In this document: positions 38,973 through 49,137 of the stretch, in pieces | How the letters are laid out: each line of letters begins with the position of its first letter | How positions within the stretch are numbered: the first letter of the stretch is position 1 | Assembly (NCBI GenBank): GCA_030532385.1 | Contig: JAUNLG010000002.1 | Span: 28,992-92,991, forward strand | Direction of reading: 5' to 3' | From: Anaerococcus sp. | GTDB taxonomy: Bacteria > Bacillota > Clostridia > Tissierellales > Peptoniphilaceae | DNA: 64,000 nucleotides | Translations under genes and position numbers: made by a program | The notes under the pieces: generated by a model | What the model was told of the DNA's origin: nothing | The model's database searches: none | Seen by the model: only the letters and a program-made list of their open reading frames with translations

Positions 38973-41900
38973 AGAGCAAAAAAAAGCTATAGAACTAAGG
39001 GATAAAAACATTATAGTTTCTGCAGCCGCTGGCTCAGGCAAGACTTTTGTCCTAGTTTCAAGAATCATTGATTTGATTTTAAAAGATAAGGTTGACTTAA
39101 GCCGTTTTATAATAGTAACTTTTACTAATAAAGCCTCCCTTGAGATGAAAGATAGGATTAGAAAGAGCCTTGAAAAAGAGCTTAGGAAAAATCCTGAAGA
39201 TTATAAGTTCATAAAAAAACAGATAAAGAACTTGCCAACAGCCCACATCCAAACCCTCCACTCTTTTGCTGCTGATATGCTTAGGGAAAATTTCTATTAT
39301 TTTGATGATCTTTCTCCAAATTTTAAGGTAATAAATGATTCCACTGCAACAATTCTAAAAAGTCTTTCAGTAGATAGGGTTTTTGATAAAGCTTATGAAA
39401 AAATGGATGAGCCATTTCAAAGGTTTTTAGAAAATTTTGCTACAAGCAGGAGTGATAGCTTGGCTAAGGATATAATCCTAAGTACCTATGAGAAGATTAG
39501 CTCCCAAGTTGATCCTTTAGGATGGCTAGACCTAGTAAGCCAAAAGCCCTTTGACCTAGAAGATTTTAGAAAAGAAGTTTTAAAAAAGATCGAAGACCTT
39601 ATGGATAAGGCCAGGGAAAATTATAATTATAGCCAAAAAAGATCTATGAGAGATAAGCATATAGACCTAATGGCCTTAGACTTAGGGCAGATTAAAGACT
39701 TATATGACCTAGGTCTTAGTGATTGGGATAAGTTTATAAGAAAAATTTCTAAGCTTAAGTTTGCTAGGATATCAAAATCTAAGAAGGATGATGAAGAATC
39801 CTATAAGCATATTAAGGAAGTTAGGGATAATAATAAGGAAATTCTTAAAGAAATAAGTAAGTTTGTAGTAAATACCGATTCTTTGACAGTTAAGATTTTT
39901 GAAGAAAAAGAACAAATCCTCCTAAAAGAGATAAATTTCTTGGTAAAGGAATTTGTTAGGACCTATGATAGGTTAAAAAAAGAAAAATCTTATTTAGATT
40001 TCTCAGACATGGAGCATAGGTTTATAGATTTATTAAAGATAGGTGAAGCAAAAGATAAGCTAAGGGATAAGTTTAAATATATTTTCTTTGATGAATACCA
40101 AGATTCCAACGAGATTCAAAATTATATAATAGAATCCCTAAAGGGCGAGGATAACTTATTTTTTGTAGGTGATGTTAAACAATCAATCTACGGCTTTAGA
40201 AGGGCATCTCCTGGCCTATTTTTGAACAAACTTAAGGTTTATGATGCTAGTGATAAGGGTGATAGGATTGACCTTAACAAAAACTTTAGGTCTGATAAGG
40301 ACATTCTTGACTTTGACAATTATATTTTTGATAGGCTAATGAGAGAAGAGACCTCAGATATAGACTATAAGGATGGGGGCCACAGGCTTAATTTTGAAAG
40401 GTGTGAGAAAAAACCTTATAAGAGGGCTAACATAAAAGTTTTAGATAAGGACCTTAGAGAGGAAGATTATTTAGTTAAACTTATAGGCCAAATTAGGACT
40501 TTAGGCTATGACTATAAGGATATAGCTATACTTTTAAGAAGTGGGGCTAAGTCTTACCTTTATGAAGAAGCCTTCAAAAAAGCAGAAATACCATTTTTTA
40601 ATGACATATCCAAGGTATCTTTTAGGGCAGTGGAAGTTGGATTTTTCATCAATATATTAAAGTACCTGGCCAATCCTAAAGATGACCTTGCCTTATTATC
40701 AGTTATTAGGTCAGAAGTTTTTGGATTTGATGAAGATGACCTTAGCCAAATAAGACTTAAAAATCCTAGCCTATCTTTTGCTAAGGCCTTTGACCTATAC
40801 GAGGGGGATAAAGACCTGGAGCTAAGGATAAATGACTTTAAATCAAACTTTAGGGACTTTTCATATATCCTATCCCTTACTAGTTTGTATGAGTTTGCAA
40901 ATTATATTTTTGAGCATTCAGGTCTTTATGATTTCCTTCTAGCCAGGGATAGGGCTAGTGAGAGGATAGAAAATGTAAGAGCCTTTATAGACATAATGGA
41001 TGAGTATGACAAAAACAACGATAACTCCCTTTTTGGATTCTTAACCTATATAGAAACTTTATCCTTAAACCAGGCTGATAATATTAATACTACAAGAGAC
41101 TTATCAGAAAGTGAAAATTTGGTAAGAATTATGACCATCCATAAGTCTAAGGGCCTAGAATTTCCTGTCCTAATCCTAGCAGATGCCAGCAAAAGGTTTA
41201 ACAATAAGCACTTACGAGAACCTATAGTTTTTGATGACAAACTAGGTCTTGGAATTAACCTTTCGGATTATGAAAATAAATTAAGATTTCCTTCCCTAAG
41301 GAAAAATCTTATTAATGAAAAGATTAGCATTGAAAATAAAAAGGAAGAGATGAGGATCCTTTATGTTGCCTTGACAAGGGCAGAAGAGATGGTCTATATA
41401 ACAGGTACTAGGAACCTAAATACTATAGACAAGCTATATGATAGGAAAGATTTTCTAAATATGTCTAACTTTTTGGATTGGATTTTGGCAAGTATTTCTA
41501 ATGAAAGTATTGCAAGTGAGATTTTTCCAAAGGCTAGCTTAAATAATTTAGATGACCTAGGAAGTCTTGAAGTAATTAGAGAGATAGAAAAAATTGATAA
41601 GTATCAAGCAAAAGATATAAAAAAAATACTAGAAGACCTTAGTTTTGATCCTAAAATTTATCAAGAGTATGAGGAAATTTATGAAAAAGACTATCCTTTC
41701 ATAGAAGCCACAGGCCAATTATTAAAAAGATCTGTAACAGAGCTTGCCAAAAATTTTGATAAGTCACAGGATGGTTTTGCTCCCTATGAGCCTTTTGTTT
41801 TTAAGGATGATGACTTTAGAAAGCCTGATTTTATAAAGGAAGATAGGACCTATAGTCCGGTAGAATTAGGGTCTATTATCCACAGGGCCTTTGAAATCCT

Positions 41901-42315
41901 AGATTTAAAAACCTATGATAAGGATTCTTTGGAAGATGAGCTTTTAAGCTTAAGTCAAAGGGGCTTATTTGACAAAGATAAACTAGGATTATTGGATTTT
42001 GAAAAAATCCTAGCCTTCTTTAATGATCCTTATATAAAAGAATTGAGTAAAAAAGCTAAGTCTATAAGAAAAGAAGAATCCTTCCTAATGGCCTATAAAG
42101 ATATCTATGTCAATGGCCAGATAGACCTGATGGTTGAGTTAGAAGATTCTATTATTCTAATTGACTTTAAGACTGATAAGGTTAAAAGAGATGGTTCTTA
42201 TGATAAGCAGATACAAATTTATAAAAAGGCCCTAGAGGAAGCCAGGGCTAAGCCTGTAACTAGGGCTATGATCTATTGGTATAACTTTAAGGACTTTGAA
42301 GAAATAAAGGCCTAG
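38959..42315 (+). CDS. addA: AddA helicase/nuclease subunit
   Basis: SAAAGSGKT, TFTNKA, DEYQD, VGDVKQSIYGFR, MTIHKSKGLEFP, YVALTRA, GQIDL..IDFKTD; exact ATG uncertain (38953/38956/38959). Confidence 0.93.
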   Translation: MDLTREQKKAIELRDKNIIVSAAAGSGKTFVLVSRIIDLILKDKVDLSRFIIVTFTNKASLEMKDRIRKSLEKELRKNPEDYKFIKKQIKNLPTAHIQTLHSFAADMLRENFYYFDDLSPNFKVINDSTATILKSLSVDRVFDKAYEKMDEPFQRFLENFATSRSDSLAKDIILSTYEKISSQVDPLGWLDLVSQKPFDLEDFRKEVLKKIEDLMDKARENYNYSQKRSMRDKHIDLMALDLGQIKDLYDLGLSDWDKFIRKISKLKFARISKSKKDDEESYKHIKEVRDNNKEILKEISKFVVNTDSLTVKIFEEKEQILLKEINFLVKEFVRTYDRLKKEKSYLDFSDMEHRFIDLLKIGEAKDKLRDKFKYIFFDEYQDSNEIQNYIIESLKGEDNLFFVGDVKQSIYGFRRASPGLFLNKLKVYDASDKGDRIDLNKNFRSDKDILDFDNYIFDRLMREETSDIDYKDGGHRLNFERCEKKPYKRANIKVLDKDLREEDYLVKLIGQIRTLGYDYKDIAILLRSGAKSYLYEEAFKKAEIPFFNDISKVSFRAVEVGFFINILKYLANPKDDLALLSVIRSEVFGFDEDDLSQIRLKNPSLSFAKAFDLYEGDKDLELRINDFKSNFRDFSYILSLTSLYEFANYIFEHSGLYDFLLARDRASERIENVRAFIDIMDEYDKNNDNSLFGFLTYIETLSLNQADNINTTRDLSESENLVRIMTIHKSKGLEFPVLILADASKRFNNKHLREPIVFDDKLGLGINLSDYENKLRFPSLRKNLINEKISIENKKEEMRILYVALTRAEEMVYITGTRNLNTIDKLYDRKDFLNMSNFLDWILASISNESIASEIFPKASLNNLDDLGSLEVIREIEKIDKYQAKDIKKILEDLSFDPKIYQEYEEIYEKDYPFIEATGQLLKRSVTELAKNFDKSQDGFAPYEPFVFKDDDFRKPDFIKEDRTYSPVELGSIIHRAFEILDLKTYDKDSLEDELLSLSQRGLFDKDKLGLLDFEKILAFFNDPYIKELSKKAKSIRKEESFLMAYKDIYVNGQIDLMVELEDSIILIDFKTDKVKRDGSYDKQIQIYKKALEEARAKPVTRAMIYWYNFKDFEEIKA

Positions 42316-43040
42316 TAAAAGCCTCCATTTATATCGACAATGTCTCCTGTAATATAAGAGGCCCTGTCTGATATTAAAAATTCAACAAGATCAGCAATTT
42401 CACTAGGGTCGGCAAACCTTCTAAAGGGTAGGTCGGCCCTTAATTTATCTAGGTCATCTTTAGAAAAATCTCCCCTCATCATATCCGTATCGACAATACC
42501 AGGGGCTATGGCATTGACTCTGATATTTGATGGGGCAAGCTCTTTTGATAAAGCCTTGGTAAAAGAATTAATCCCACCCTTAGTTAGGGAATATATTGAC
42601 TCAAGACTTGCTCCAAGAGATCCCCATATAGAAGATAGGTTGATTATTACACCATAATTTTGCCTAACCATAGATGGGATAGCTCTTTTGCTAGTTAAGA
42701 AAACGGATGTGAGATTTGTATCTATCAATTTTCTAAAGTCTTCTAGGCTAGTATCTTGAATAAGGGAAAATTGAGACATTCCAGCGTTATTTACAAGGAT
42801 ATCTACATGGGAGAAGTTTTTTTCACCAATCCTAAACATATTTTCGACTTCATCTTCCTTGGTAACATCAGCCTTTATGGCTATGACATAAGGATTTACC
42901 TTCCTTAACTCTTTGACAAGGGCGTGGGCCTTATCTTTGCTTTGCTTATAATTTATAATAATTTTGTAATCTTTGGCCAATCTTTTGGCAATAGCCCTTC
43001 CAATGCCACGAGATGACCCTGTTATTAATACTGTTTTCAT
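42312..43040 (-). CDS. SDR oxidoreductase (FabG/YmfI-like)
   Basis: TGSSRGIG, NNAG, SSIWG, YSLTK, IAPG..DTDM. Confidence 0.88.
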   Translation of the reverse strand: MKTVLITGSSRGIGRAIAKRLAKDYKIIINYKQSKDKAHALVKELRKVNPYVIAIKADVTKEDEVENMFRIGEKNFSHVDILVNNAGMSQFSLIQDTSLEDFRKLIDTNLTSVFLTSKRAIPSMVRQNYGVIINLSSIWGSLGASLESIYSLTKGGINSFTKALSKELAPSNIRVNAIAPGIVDTDMMRGDFSKDDLDKLRADLPFRRFADPSEIADLVEFLISDRASYITGDIVDINGGFY

Positions 43041-43126
43041 AGGTATATTTTATCATAGATTTAAAAAACTTTCTTTTTTTGGGTATTAAGCTAGTAAGGA
43101 TAATGATAAAAAAGTTAGGAGGAAAT

Positions 43127-43963
43127 ATGAAATACTTTACTTTAAATGATGGGATTAAGGTCCCTGCCCTAGGTCTTGGTACCTATAAGATAGAAGATGA
43201 AGGAGAGGTTGAAAGGGTAATAAACGCTGCCCTTGGTGCAGGATATGAATATATAGATACTGCAAAATATTATAATAATGAAGAATTTATTGGAAAAGCC
43301 TTAGAAAAGTCAGGTAAAAATCATAAAGAATATATGATTGCTACAAAAATTTGGCCATCAGACTTTAGCTCTGATAAGACTAAAAGGGCTATTGAAGATT
43401 CTTTGAAAAAATTAAGACTAGATTATATAGATATCCTCCACCTACACTGGTATGGCCAAGACTTTGACCAGGCTTGGAAAGTCTTTATGGACTATAAGGA
43501 CCAAGGGATCATAAAATCTATAGCAGTATGTAACTTTATGCCTAGCCAGCTTAATGAATTATTAAACGTGGGGGAGAAGCCTTCCATGGACCAACTAGAA
43601 AGTCATCTTTACCTTCAAGATACTGAAACTAAGATTTTTCTAGATGAAAATAATATTAACCATCAAGCTTGGTCACCTTTGGCTAGGGCTAGGGATGGGA
43701 TTTTTGAAGAAAAAGTTTTAAAAGAATTAGCAAGCAAATACAAGAAAACTCCTGCTCAAATTGCCCTAAGATGGCATGTGGAAAGAGGCACCATGGTTAT
43801 ACCAAAAAGTGTCCATGAAGAAAGAATTAAGGAGAATATCGATATCTTTGACTTCTCCTTAGACCAAGAGGACATGCATGCCTTATCAAGTTTAGATAAG
43901 AAAAAAAGATATTCAAATGATCCTTTAGATAAACAATGGTTAGAAAAAGCAAGAAATATGTAA
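43127..43963 (+). CDS. Aldo/keto reductase (AKR5-like)
   Basis: GLGTY, IDTAKYY, TKIW, LHW, AWSPL, IPKS; ATG at 43127 follows AGGAGG. Confidence 0.92.
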   Translation: MKYFTLNDGIKVPALGLGTYKIEDEGEVERVINAALGAGYEYIDTAKYYNNEEFIGKALEKSGKNHKEYMIATKIWPSDFSSDKTKRAIEDSLKKLRLDYIDILHLHWYGQDFDQAWKVFMDYKDQGIIKSIAVCNFMPSQLNELLNVGEKPSMDQLESHLYLQDTETKIFLDENNINHQAWSPLARARDGIFEEKVLKELASKYKKTPAQIALRWHVERGTMVIPKSVHEERIKENIDIFDFSLDQEDMHALSSLDKKKRYSNDPLDKQWLEKARNM

Positions 43964-43967
43964 GGGT

Positions 43968-43993
43968 AAAGGGTGGATTAACTTCCACCTTTT
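43968..43993. terminator. Bidirectional terminator
   Basis: AAAGGGTGGA/TCCACCTTTT hairpin. Confidence 0.7.
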
Positions 43994-44288
43994 ATTTTAC
44001 TAACTTATAGTCGTAGTAAATTACCCCATCACCAATATAGACAAAGTCATAGCCTACAGATTTTAAGGCTAGTTTTGCTATTTGTGACCTATTGTTACTC
44101 CTACAATAAAGGAGGGCTGGCTTGGTCTTATCTATCTTATCTAAGTTATCTAAGATTTGTTCAAAGGGGATATTAATTGCCCCCTCAATGTGTCCGCTAT
44201 CATATTCAGCCTTGGTTCTTACGTCGATAAGTTGGAAGGCATCCTTGTTTTTTTCTACTTCCTTACCTGGTATTGTCTTTTCTATCAT
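43992..44288 (-). CDS. Rhodanese-like domain protein
   Basis: LIDVRT..EYDSGHIEGAINIP, YCRSNNRS. Confidence 0.9.
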   Translation of the reverse strand: MIEKTIPGKEVEKNKDAFQLIDVRTKAEYDSGHIEGAINIPFEQILDNLDKIDKTKPALLYCRSNNRSQIAKLALKSVGYDFVYIGDGVIYYDYKLVK

Positions 44289-44399
44289 ATTACATCCTTT
44301 CTTCAAATCTAATTATACCTAGTATTTTACTTATAAAAAGCCAATAAATAAATAAAATAATGGGTAAGAAGATAAAGAAGTAATTTTTAAGGAGTGTAT

Positions 44400-45065
44400 A
44401 TGGAATATATAAAGTTAATAGGAATCCTTATAATTGTAATAGGTTTTATACTAAAACTTAATATAATCTTTACAGTTGTATTATCAGGATTTGTTACAGC
44501 TTTAGTATCAGGCATGAGTATTTCTGATTTTTTGACTACTCTAGGAGAATCTTTCGTATCCCAAAGAATAGTTACCCTATTTATCATAACCTTGCCGGTT
44601 ATAGGGCTATCAGAGGAGCATGGACTAAAGAATGTAGCAGAGGGCATAGTTAAGAAAAGAGAAAACTTATCTACTGGAGCCCTTATGTCAGTATATCTTG
44701 CCTTTAGAGAACTTGCAGGATTTTTATCTATGAGAATATATGGTCTTGTCCAATTTGTAAGGCCTATAATTTTTCCAATGGCAGAAGCTGCTGCTAGGAA
44801 AAAGCATGGAGATATATCTGAGGGTGATGTTGAAAAAATCAAGGCTAGGGCATCAGCTATGGAAAACTTTGGAAACTTCTTTGCCCAAAACACCTTTGTC
44901 GGTGCTAGTGGGGTCCTACTAATGGCTGGAACCCTAAATGAATTAGGACTTGAAGTAACAAATATTGAAATAGCTCAATACTCTATACCTATTGCCCTAA
45001 TAACCCTAGTTATTGGTATAGTTAAAAATATTATTGACGATAAAAAGATAAAAGGAGATAAATAA
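44400..45065 (+). CDS. DUF969 membrane protein (putative 5-oxoproline transporter subunit)
   Basis: LPVIGLSEEHGL, VRPIIFPMAEAA, ENFGNFFAQN; upstream of DUF979 and pcp. Confidence 0.85.
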   Translation: MEYIKLIGILIIVIGFILKLNIIFTVVLSGFVTALVSGMSISDFLTTLGESFVSQRIVTLFIITLPVIGLSEEHGLKNVAEGIVKKRENLSTGALMSVYLAFRELAGFLSMRIYGLVQFVRPIIFPMAEAAARKKHGDISEGDVEKIKARASAMENFGNFFAQNTFVGASGVLLMAGTLNELGLEVTNIEIAQYSIPIALITLVIGIVKNIIDDKKIKGDK

Positions 45066-46009
45066 TGCTTAATATGTTTTCATCTCCAGCGGCATTCTTT
45101 CCTGTATTTCTAGAATTTGTCTTCGTACTTATAGGCCTACAATTTTTCTATACGGCCTTTAAGAGCCTTAAGGCAAGCGATGGAGAAAAGAAGATACCGA
45201 CCTTTATATTTTGGATAGTTTTAGGCTTACTTTTTGCCCTAGGCAAGGTGATTCCACCGATAGTAAGTGGCCTTTTGGTTGTAGTAATTGCTATAATTTC
45301 CCTTTTTAATGGAATTAAGATTAGAGGAAGCAAGGAAGTTTCAGAAAAAGTTCAAGTAAGGTCAGCAAAAAGACTTGGCTTTAAGGTATTTATACCTGTT
45401 TTGATCATGGCTTTACTTGCAATAATTCTTGCAAAACTAATCCCTGAATCATCATCATCTATCCTAGGTCTAACAGCCCTAATTGCAATAGTGCTTGCCA
45501 TGGTTTTAACCAAGTCAAGCTTTAAGGACATGCTAGATTCATCAGATAGGATGGTTCAACAAGTTGGAGCTATGGCAATCCTGCCACAATTATTAGCAGC
45601 CCTTGGTGCAATATTTGCAGCAGCAGGAGTGGGGGATGTCATTGCAGATATTATTGGTGGTATTATCCCAGCAGTTAACCCATGGACTGGATCCATAGCC
45701 TATGTCTTGGGTATGGTTTTATTTACAATGATAATGGGTAATGCCTTTGCAGCTTTTACAGTAATTACTGCAGGAATTGGCCTACCATTTGTAATCGCCC
45801 AAGGAGCAAATCCAGCTATAGCTGCAGCCCTTGCTATGACTGCAGGATACTGTGGGACCCTACTAACCCCAATGGCAGGTAACTTTAACCTCTTGCCAGT
45901 AGCCTTACTTGAAATGAAGGATAAGAATGCGGTTATAAAAGAGCAAGCCCTATTTTCAATCTTACTAATAATAGTTCACATATTGTTAATGAGGTTTTGG
46001 GCCTTTTAA
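45065..46009 (+). CDS. DUF979 membrane protein (putative 5-oxoproline transporter subunit)
   Basis: ILPQLLAALGAIFAAAGVG, FTMIMGNAFAAF, AGYCGTLLTPMAGNFN. Confidence 0.85.
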   Translation: MLNMFSSPAAFFPVFLEFVFVLIGLQFFYTAFKSLKASDGEKKIPTFIFWIVLGLLFALGKVIPPIVSGLLVVVIAIISLFNGIKIRGSKEVSEKVQVRSAKRLGFKVFIPVLIMALLAIILAKLIPESSSSILGLTALIAIVLAMVLTKSSFKDMLDSSDRMVQQVGAMAILPQLLAALGAIFAAAGVGDVIADIIGGIIPAVNPWTGSIAYVLGMVLFTMIMGNAFAAFTVITAGIGLPFVIAQGANPAIAAALAMTAGYCGTLLTPMAGNFNLLPVALLEMKDKNAVIKEQALFSILLIIVHILLMRFWAF

Positions 46010-46030
46010 GGAGAAATTAAGGAGGATATA

Positions 46031-46675
46031 ATGAAAATTTTAATTACAGGTTTTGATCCATTTGGAGGAGAGAAGACTAACCCAGCTATTGAGGCTGTAA
46101 AAAGAATTGACGAAGATATCAAGGGAGCTGAAATTTATAAGCTTGAGATCCCTACAGTTTTTGGTAAATCTGCAGACCTTGTAGAAAGTAAAATCAAAGA
46201 AATAAAGCCAGATGTAATCCTATCAATAGGCCAAGCAGGTGGTAGGTATGATATAACTGTAGAAAGAGTGGCTATAAATGAAGATGATGCAAGGATAGCT
46301 GATAATGAAGGCAACCAACCTATCGATACAAAAATCAGAGAAGATGGGGAAAATGCCTACTTTGCAACTCTTCCAATAAAAGCCATGGTAGAAGAGATCA
46401 AAAAAGAAGGTATACCAGCATCTATTTCAAACTCAGCAGGTACCTTTGTATGTAACCATATTATGTACCAAGACCTATACTTGGCTGAAAAATATGGAAA
46501 TATCAAAGCAGGATTTATCCATGTGCCATTTTTGCCAGAACAAGTTAAAGATAAGCCAAATACAGCTTCTATGAGTCTAGAGTCAATTGTAAAAGGACTT
46601 AATGCAGCTGTTAGGGCAATAGTTTCCTACCATGACCAAGAAGATCTTAAGATAACAGGTGGAGCAACCCACTAG
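46031..46675 (+). CDS. pcp: Pyroglutamyl-peptidase I
   Basis: [35 protein letters not shown]. Confidence 0.95.
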   Translation: MKILITGFDPFGGEKTNPAIEAVKRIDEDIKGAEIYKLEIPTVFGKSADLVESKIKEIKPDVILSIGQAGGRYDITVERVAINEDDARIADNEGNQPIDTKIREDGENAYFATLPIKAMVEEIKKEGIPASISNSAGTFVCNHIMYQDLYLAEKYGNIKAGFIHVPFLPEQVKDKPNTASMSLESIVKGLNAAVRAIVSYHDQEDLKITGGATH

Positions 46676-46677
46676 AG

Positions 46678-47676
46678 ATGACATATCTGATCATAATTCT
46701 TATAATCCTCCCTCAAGTCTATTATCTAATCAAGGATAAAAATTTTAGACAAACCATAAGGTCTAAAAAATTTTATAAAAAGATGGATGTAGGTAAAAAG
46801 GGGGATTATAAGGAATTTTACTTAACCAGCCCTGATGGATTTGATATATTCGTTAGGGAATTTAGCCATCAAAATCCCAAGGGCTTAGTCCATATAGTTA
46901 CAGGAATGGCAGAGCATGGAGGAAATTACCTAGACTTTGCAAAATTTTTAAATGACCATGGCTATGGAGTAATAATCCATGACCATAGGGGACATGGAAA
47001 AAGCCTGTCCTACAATTTTCCAAATGGCCATATGGAATTATCTAACCAGCTAATAGAAGATACTCTTTTAGTAAATACCTATGTACGAAAGACCTATACT
47101 TGTCCAAATTATATTTTTGGTCATTCTATGGGGTCTATGGTCGTAAGGCTTTGTATGGGAAAGGATGATAAGCTATTTGATAAAATCTTTCTTACAGGAA
47201 CAGTAGCTTATAATCCCCTATCTAGCTTGGCCTATTTTTTCTTTAATATCCTAAGCTTTTATTTAGGAGGCAAAAACCATACAAAACTTATAAATCTTGC
47301 CCTAGGGACAAAAAAAGATTCCTTGGACTTTATATCCTATAGTAAGAAAAATAGGAAGGATAAGTATGAGGATAGGCTAAGGATTTTTGACTTCACCTTA
47401 AGATATACGGCAGTTCTTATTGATCTAAATAGAAAGCTTGGCAAAAAATCCAATTATAGGCCAACAGATAAAAACCTTAGGATATATTCCCTAGTAGGGG
47501 AAGATGATATTATTACCAAGGGAGATAAGGGCCTAGCCAAGAGCTTAAGCTTTTTAAAAAACCTAGGCTATAAAAATATAACTAGCAAGGTGTACCAAAA
47601 CATGCGCCATGAAATTTTGAATGAGGATAATAATAGCCTAGTCTATGAAGATTTTTTATCCTACTTGGATGATTAA
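46678..47676 (+). CDS. Alpha/beta hydrolase (lysophospholipase/monoacylglycerol lipase-like)
   Basis: GMAEH, DHRGHGKS, GHSMG nucleophile elbow, RHEILNE. Confidence 0.88.
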   Translation: MTYLIIILIILPQVYYLIKDKNFRQTIRSKKFYKKMDVGKKGDYKEFYLTSPDGFDIFVREFSHQNPKGLVHIVTGMAEHGGNYLDFAKFLNDHGYGVIIHDHRGHGKSLSYNFPNGHMELSNQLIEDTLLVNTYVRKTYTCPNYIFGHSMGSMVVRLCMGKDDKLFDKIFLTGTVAYNPLSSLAYFFFNILSFYLGGKNHTKLINLALGTKKDSLDFISYSKKNRKDKYEDRLRIFDFTLRYTAVLIDLNRKLGKKSNYRPTDKNLRIYSLVGEDDIITKGDKGLAKSLSFLKNLGYKNITSKVYQNMRHEILNEDNNSLVYEDFLSYLDD

Positions 47677-47696
47677 TGGAATAGATGTGGGGTATG
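47670..47696 (+). promoter_or_regulatory. Putative SigB-like promoter TGATT-N15-GGGTATG
   Basis: Motif upstream of the small ORF at 47731. Confidence 0.45.
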
Positions 47697-47730
47697 ATAT
47701 TATTAGTAGAATTAACAAAGAGGTGATATT

Positions 47731-47883
47731 ATGACAGAAGATATGAAAAAAGATATTAACAAAGAAGAAGGAATTAGAGATGGAGAGCATTGCGGAGTAG
47801 AAGAATTTGAAGGTAAAAAATTTGATACTTGCAAGGGTGAAGAGATCACTGTAAAAGGATATAGGAACCCAGATAAAGAATAA
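47731..47883 (+). CDS. Small acidic 50-aa hypothetical protein (absent from the ORF track)
   Basis: GAGGTG RBS, ATG at 47731, MTEDMKKDINKEEGIRDGEHCGVEEFEGKKFDTCKGEEITVKGYRNPDKE, TAA at 47881-47883, followed by its own terminator. Confidence 0.75.
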   Translation: MTEDMKKDINKEEGIRDGEHCGVEEFEGKKFDTCKGEEITVKGYRNPDKE

Positions 47884-47887
47884 GAAC

Positions 47888-47925
47888 AAAAAACTTGAGC
47901 ACTTACTGAAGTGTTCAAGTTTTTT
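47888..47925 (+). terminator. Rho-independent terminator
   Basis: AAAAAACTTGAGCACTT/AAGTGTTCAAGTTTTTT hairpin. Confidence 0.8.
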
Positions 47926-48024
47926 CTTTGCAAAAAAAATCCTAATAGTCTTTGATTCTTATAGAAAATTCATTTTTTATTTGGTATACTCTTTCTAGAA
48001 GATTAATAGAAAGTAGGATGAAAA

Positions 48025-49137
48025 TTGGAGAAGAAATTTGCAAATAAAAGTGTAGTCCTAGAGGCGGTTAGCAAAGAATATGATGATGAACTTGTTTTAA
48101 AGACTGTAGATTTAGAGTTAGAAAAGGGAAAATTTTATACCCTTTTAGGACCTAGTGGGTGTGGGAAGACTACTATTTTAAATATTATAGCAGGTTTTGT
48201 CGATCAAACTTCTGGCAATGTATATATAAATGGAGAAAAAGTCAACGATTTACCAGCCAATAAAAGAAAAGTAAATACAGTTTTTCAAAACTATTCGCTT
48301 TTTCCTCATATGAATGTATATGATAATATTGCTTTTGGTCTAAATATAAAAAAAGTGGATAAGGAAATTATAAAAAAAGAAGTTTCTAAGGCCCTAAAGA
48401 TGGTTAACCTTGAAGGCTTTGAAAAAAGAAAGATCTCCCAAATGTCAGGTGGGCAAAGGCAGAGGGTGGCTATAGCAAGGGCTATAGTAAATAAACCTGA
48501 TGTCTTATTGTTAGATGAACCCCTATCAGCCCTTGATATGAAATTAAGAAAATCTATGCAGGTCCTACTTTCTAACCTCCAGTGGGAACTTGGCATAACC
48601 TTTATATTTGTAACCCATGACCAAGAAGAGGCCCTTGCCTTAAGCGATGAGATTTTTGTAATGGATAAGGGAAGGATTGTCCAATCAGGATCTCCTATAG
48701 ATATTTATGATGAGCCTATCAATAGGTATGTGGCAGAGTTTATTGGTGAATCGAATATCCTAGATGCGGTTATGGTCGATGATTACAAGGTTAAATTTTC
48801 AAATAAAGTTTTTGCCTGCGAGGATGCTGGTATACCAAGAGGAGAAAAGGTTGAGGTTGTTATTAGGCCTGAGGATGTTAAGGTAAGTAAGGATGGAGAT
48901 TTTGATATAAAGATGACTGTAGACAATGTTTTGTTTAGGGGAGTTTTTAATGAGCTAATCTGCTTTGACAGTGATAAGTTCAGGTGGAAGATTCATACAA
49001 CTAAGAGGTTTGAAGAAGGTGATGAGATTGGTATTTCTATAGATCCTTCTGATATCCATGTCATGAGATTTAATGAATCTGAGGATGACTTTGATAAGAG
49101 AATTGAAAAGTATTCTATAGGAGAAGATGATGAGTAG
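48025..49137 (+). CDS. potA: Spermidine/putrescine ABC transporter ATP-binding protein
   Basis: [40 protein letters not shown]. Confidence 0.92.
   Translation: MEKKFANKSVVLEAVSKEYDDELVLKTVDLELEKGKFYTLLGPSGCGKTTILNIIAGFVDQTSGNVYINGEKVNDLPANKRKVNTVFQNYSLFPHMNVYDNIAFGLNIKKVDKEIIKKEVSKALKMVNLEGFEKRKISQMSGGQRQRVAIARAIVNKPDVLLLDEPLSALDMKLRKSMQVLLSNLQWELGITFIFVTHDQEEALALSDEIFVMDKGRIVQSGSPIDIYDEPINRYVAEFIGESNILDAVMVDDYKVKFSNKVFACEDAGIPRGEKVEVVIRPEDVKVSKDGDFDIKMTVDNVLFRGVFNELICFDSDKFRWKIHTTKRFEEGDEIGISIDPSDIHVMRFNESEDDFDKRIEKYSIGEDDE

Noticed and set aside
31475-42315. SMC ATPase plus nucleases as a novel defence system (Wadjet/Lamassu-like)
   Set aside because: The motifs match canonical SbcCD (zinc hook, Mre11 motifs) and AddAB housekeeping repair enzymes.
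47656-47933. Minus-strand ORFs of 77 and 73 aa
   Set aside because: They are antisense to the plus-strand 50-aa ORF, which has the RBS, promoter and terminator.
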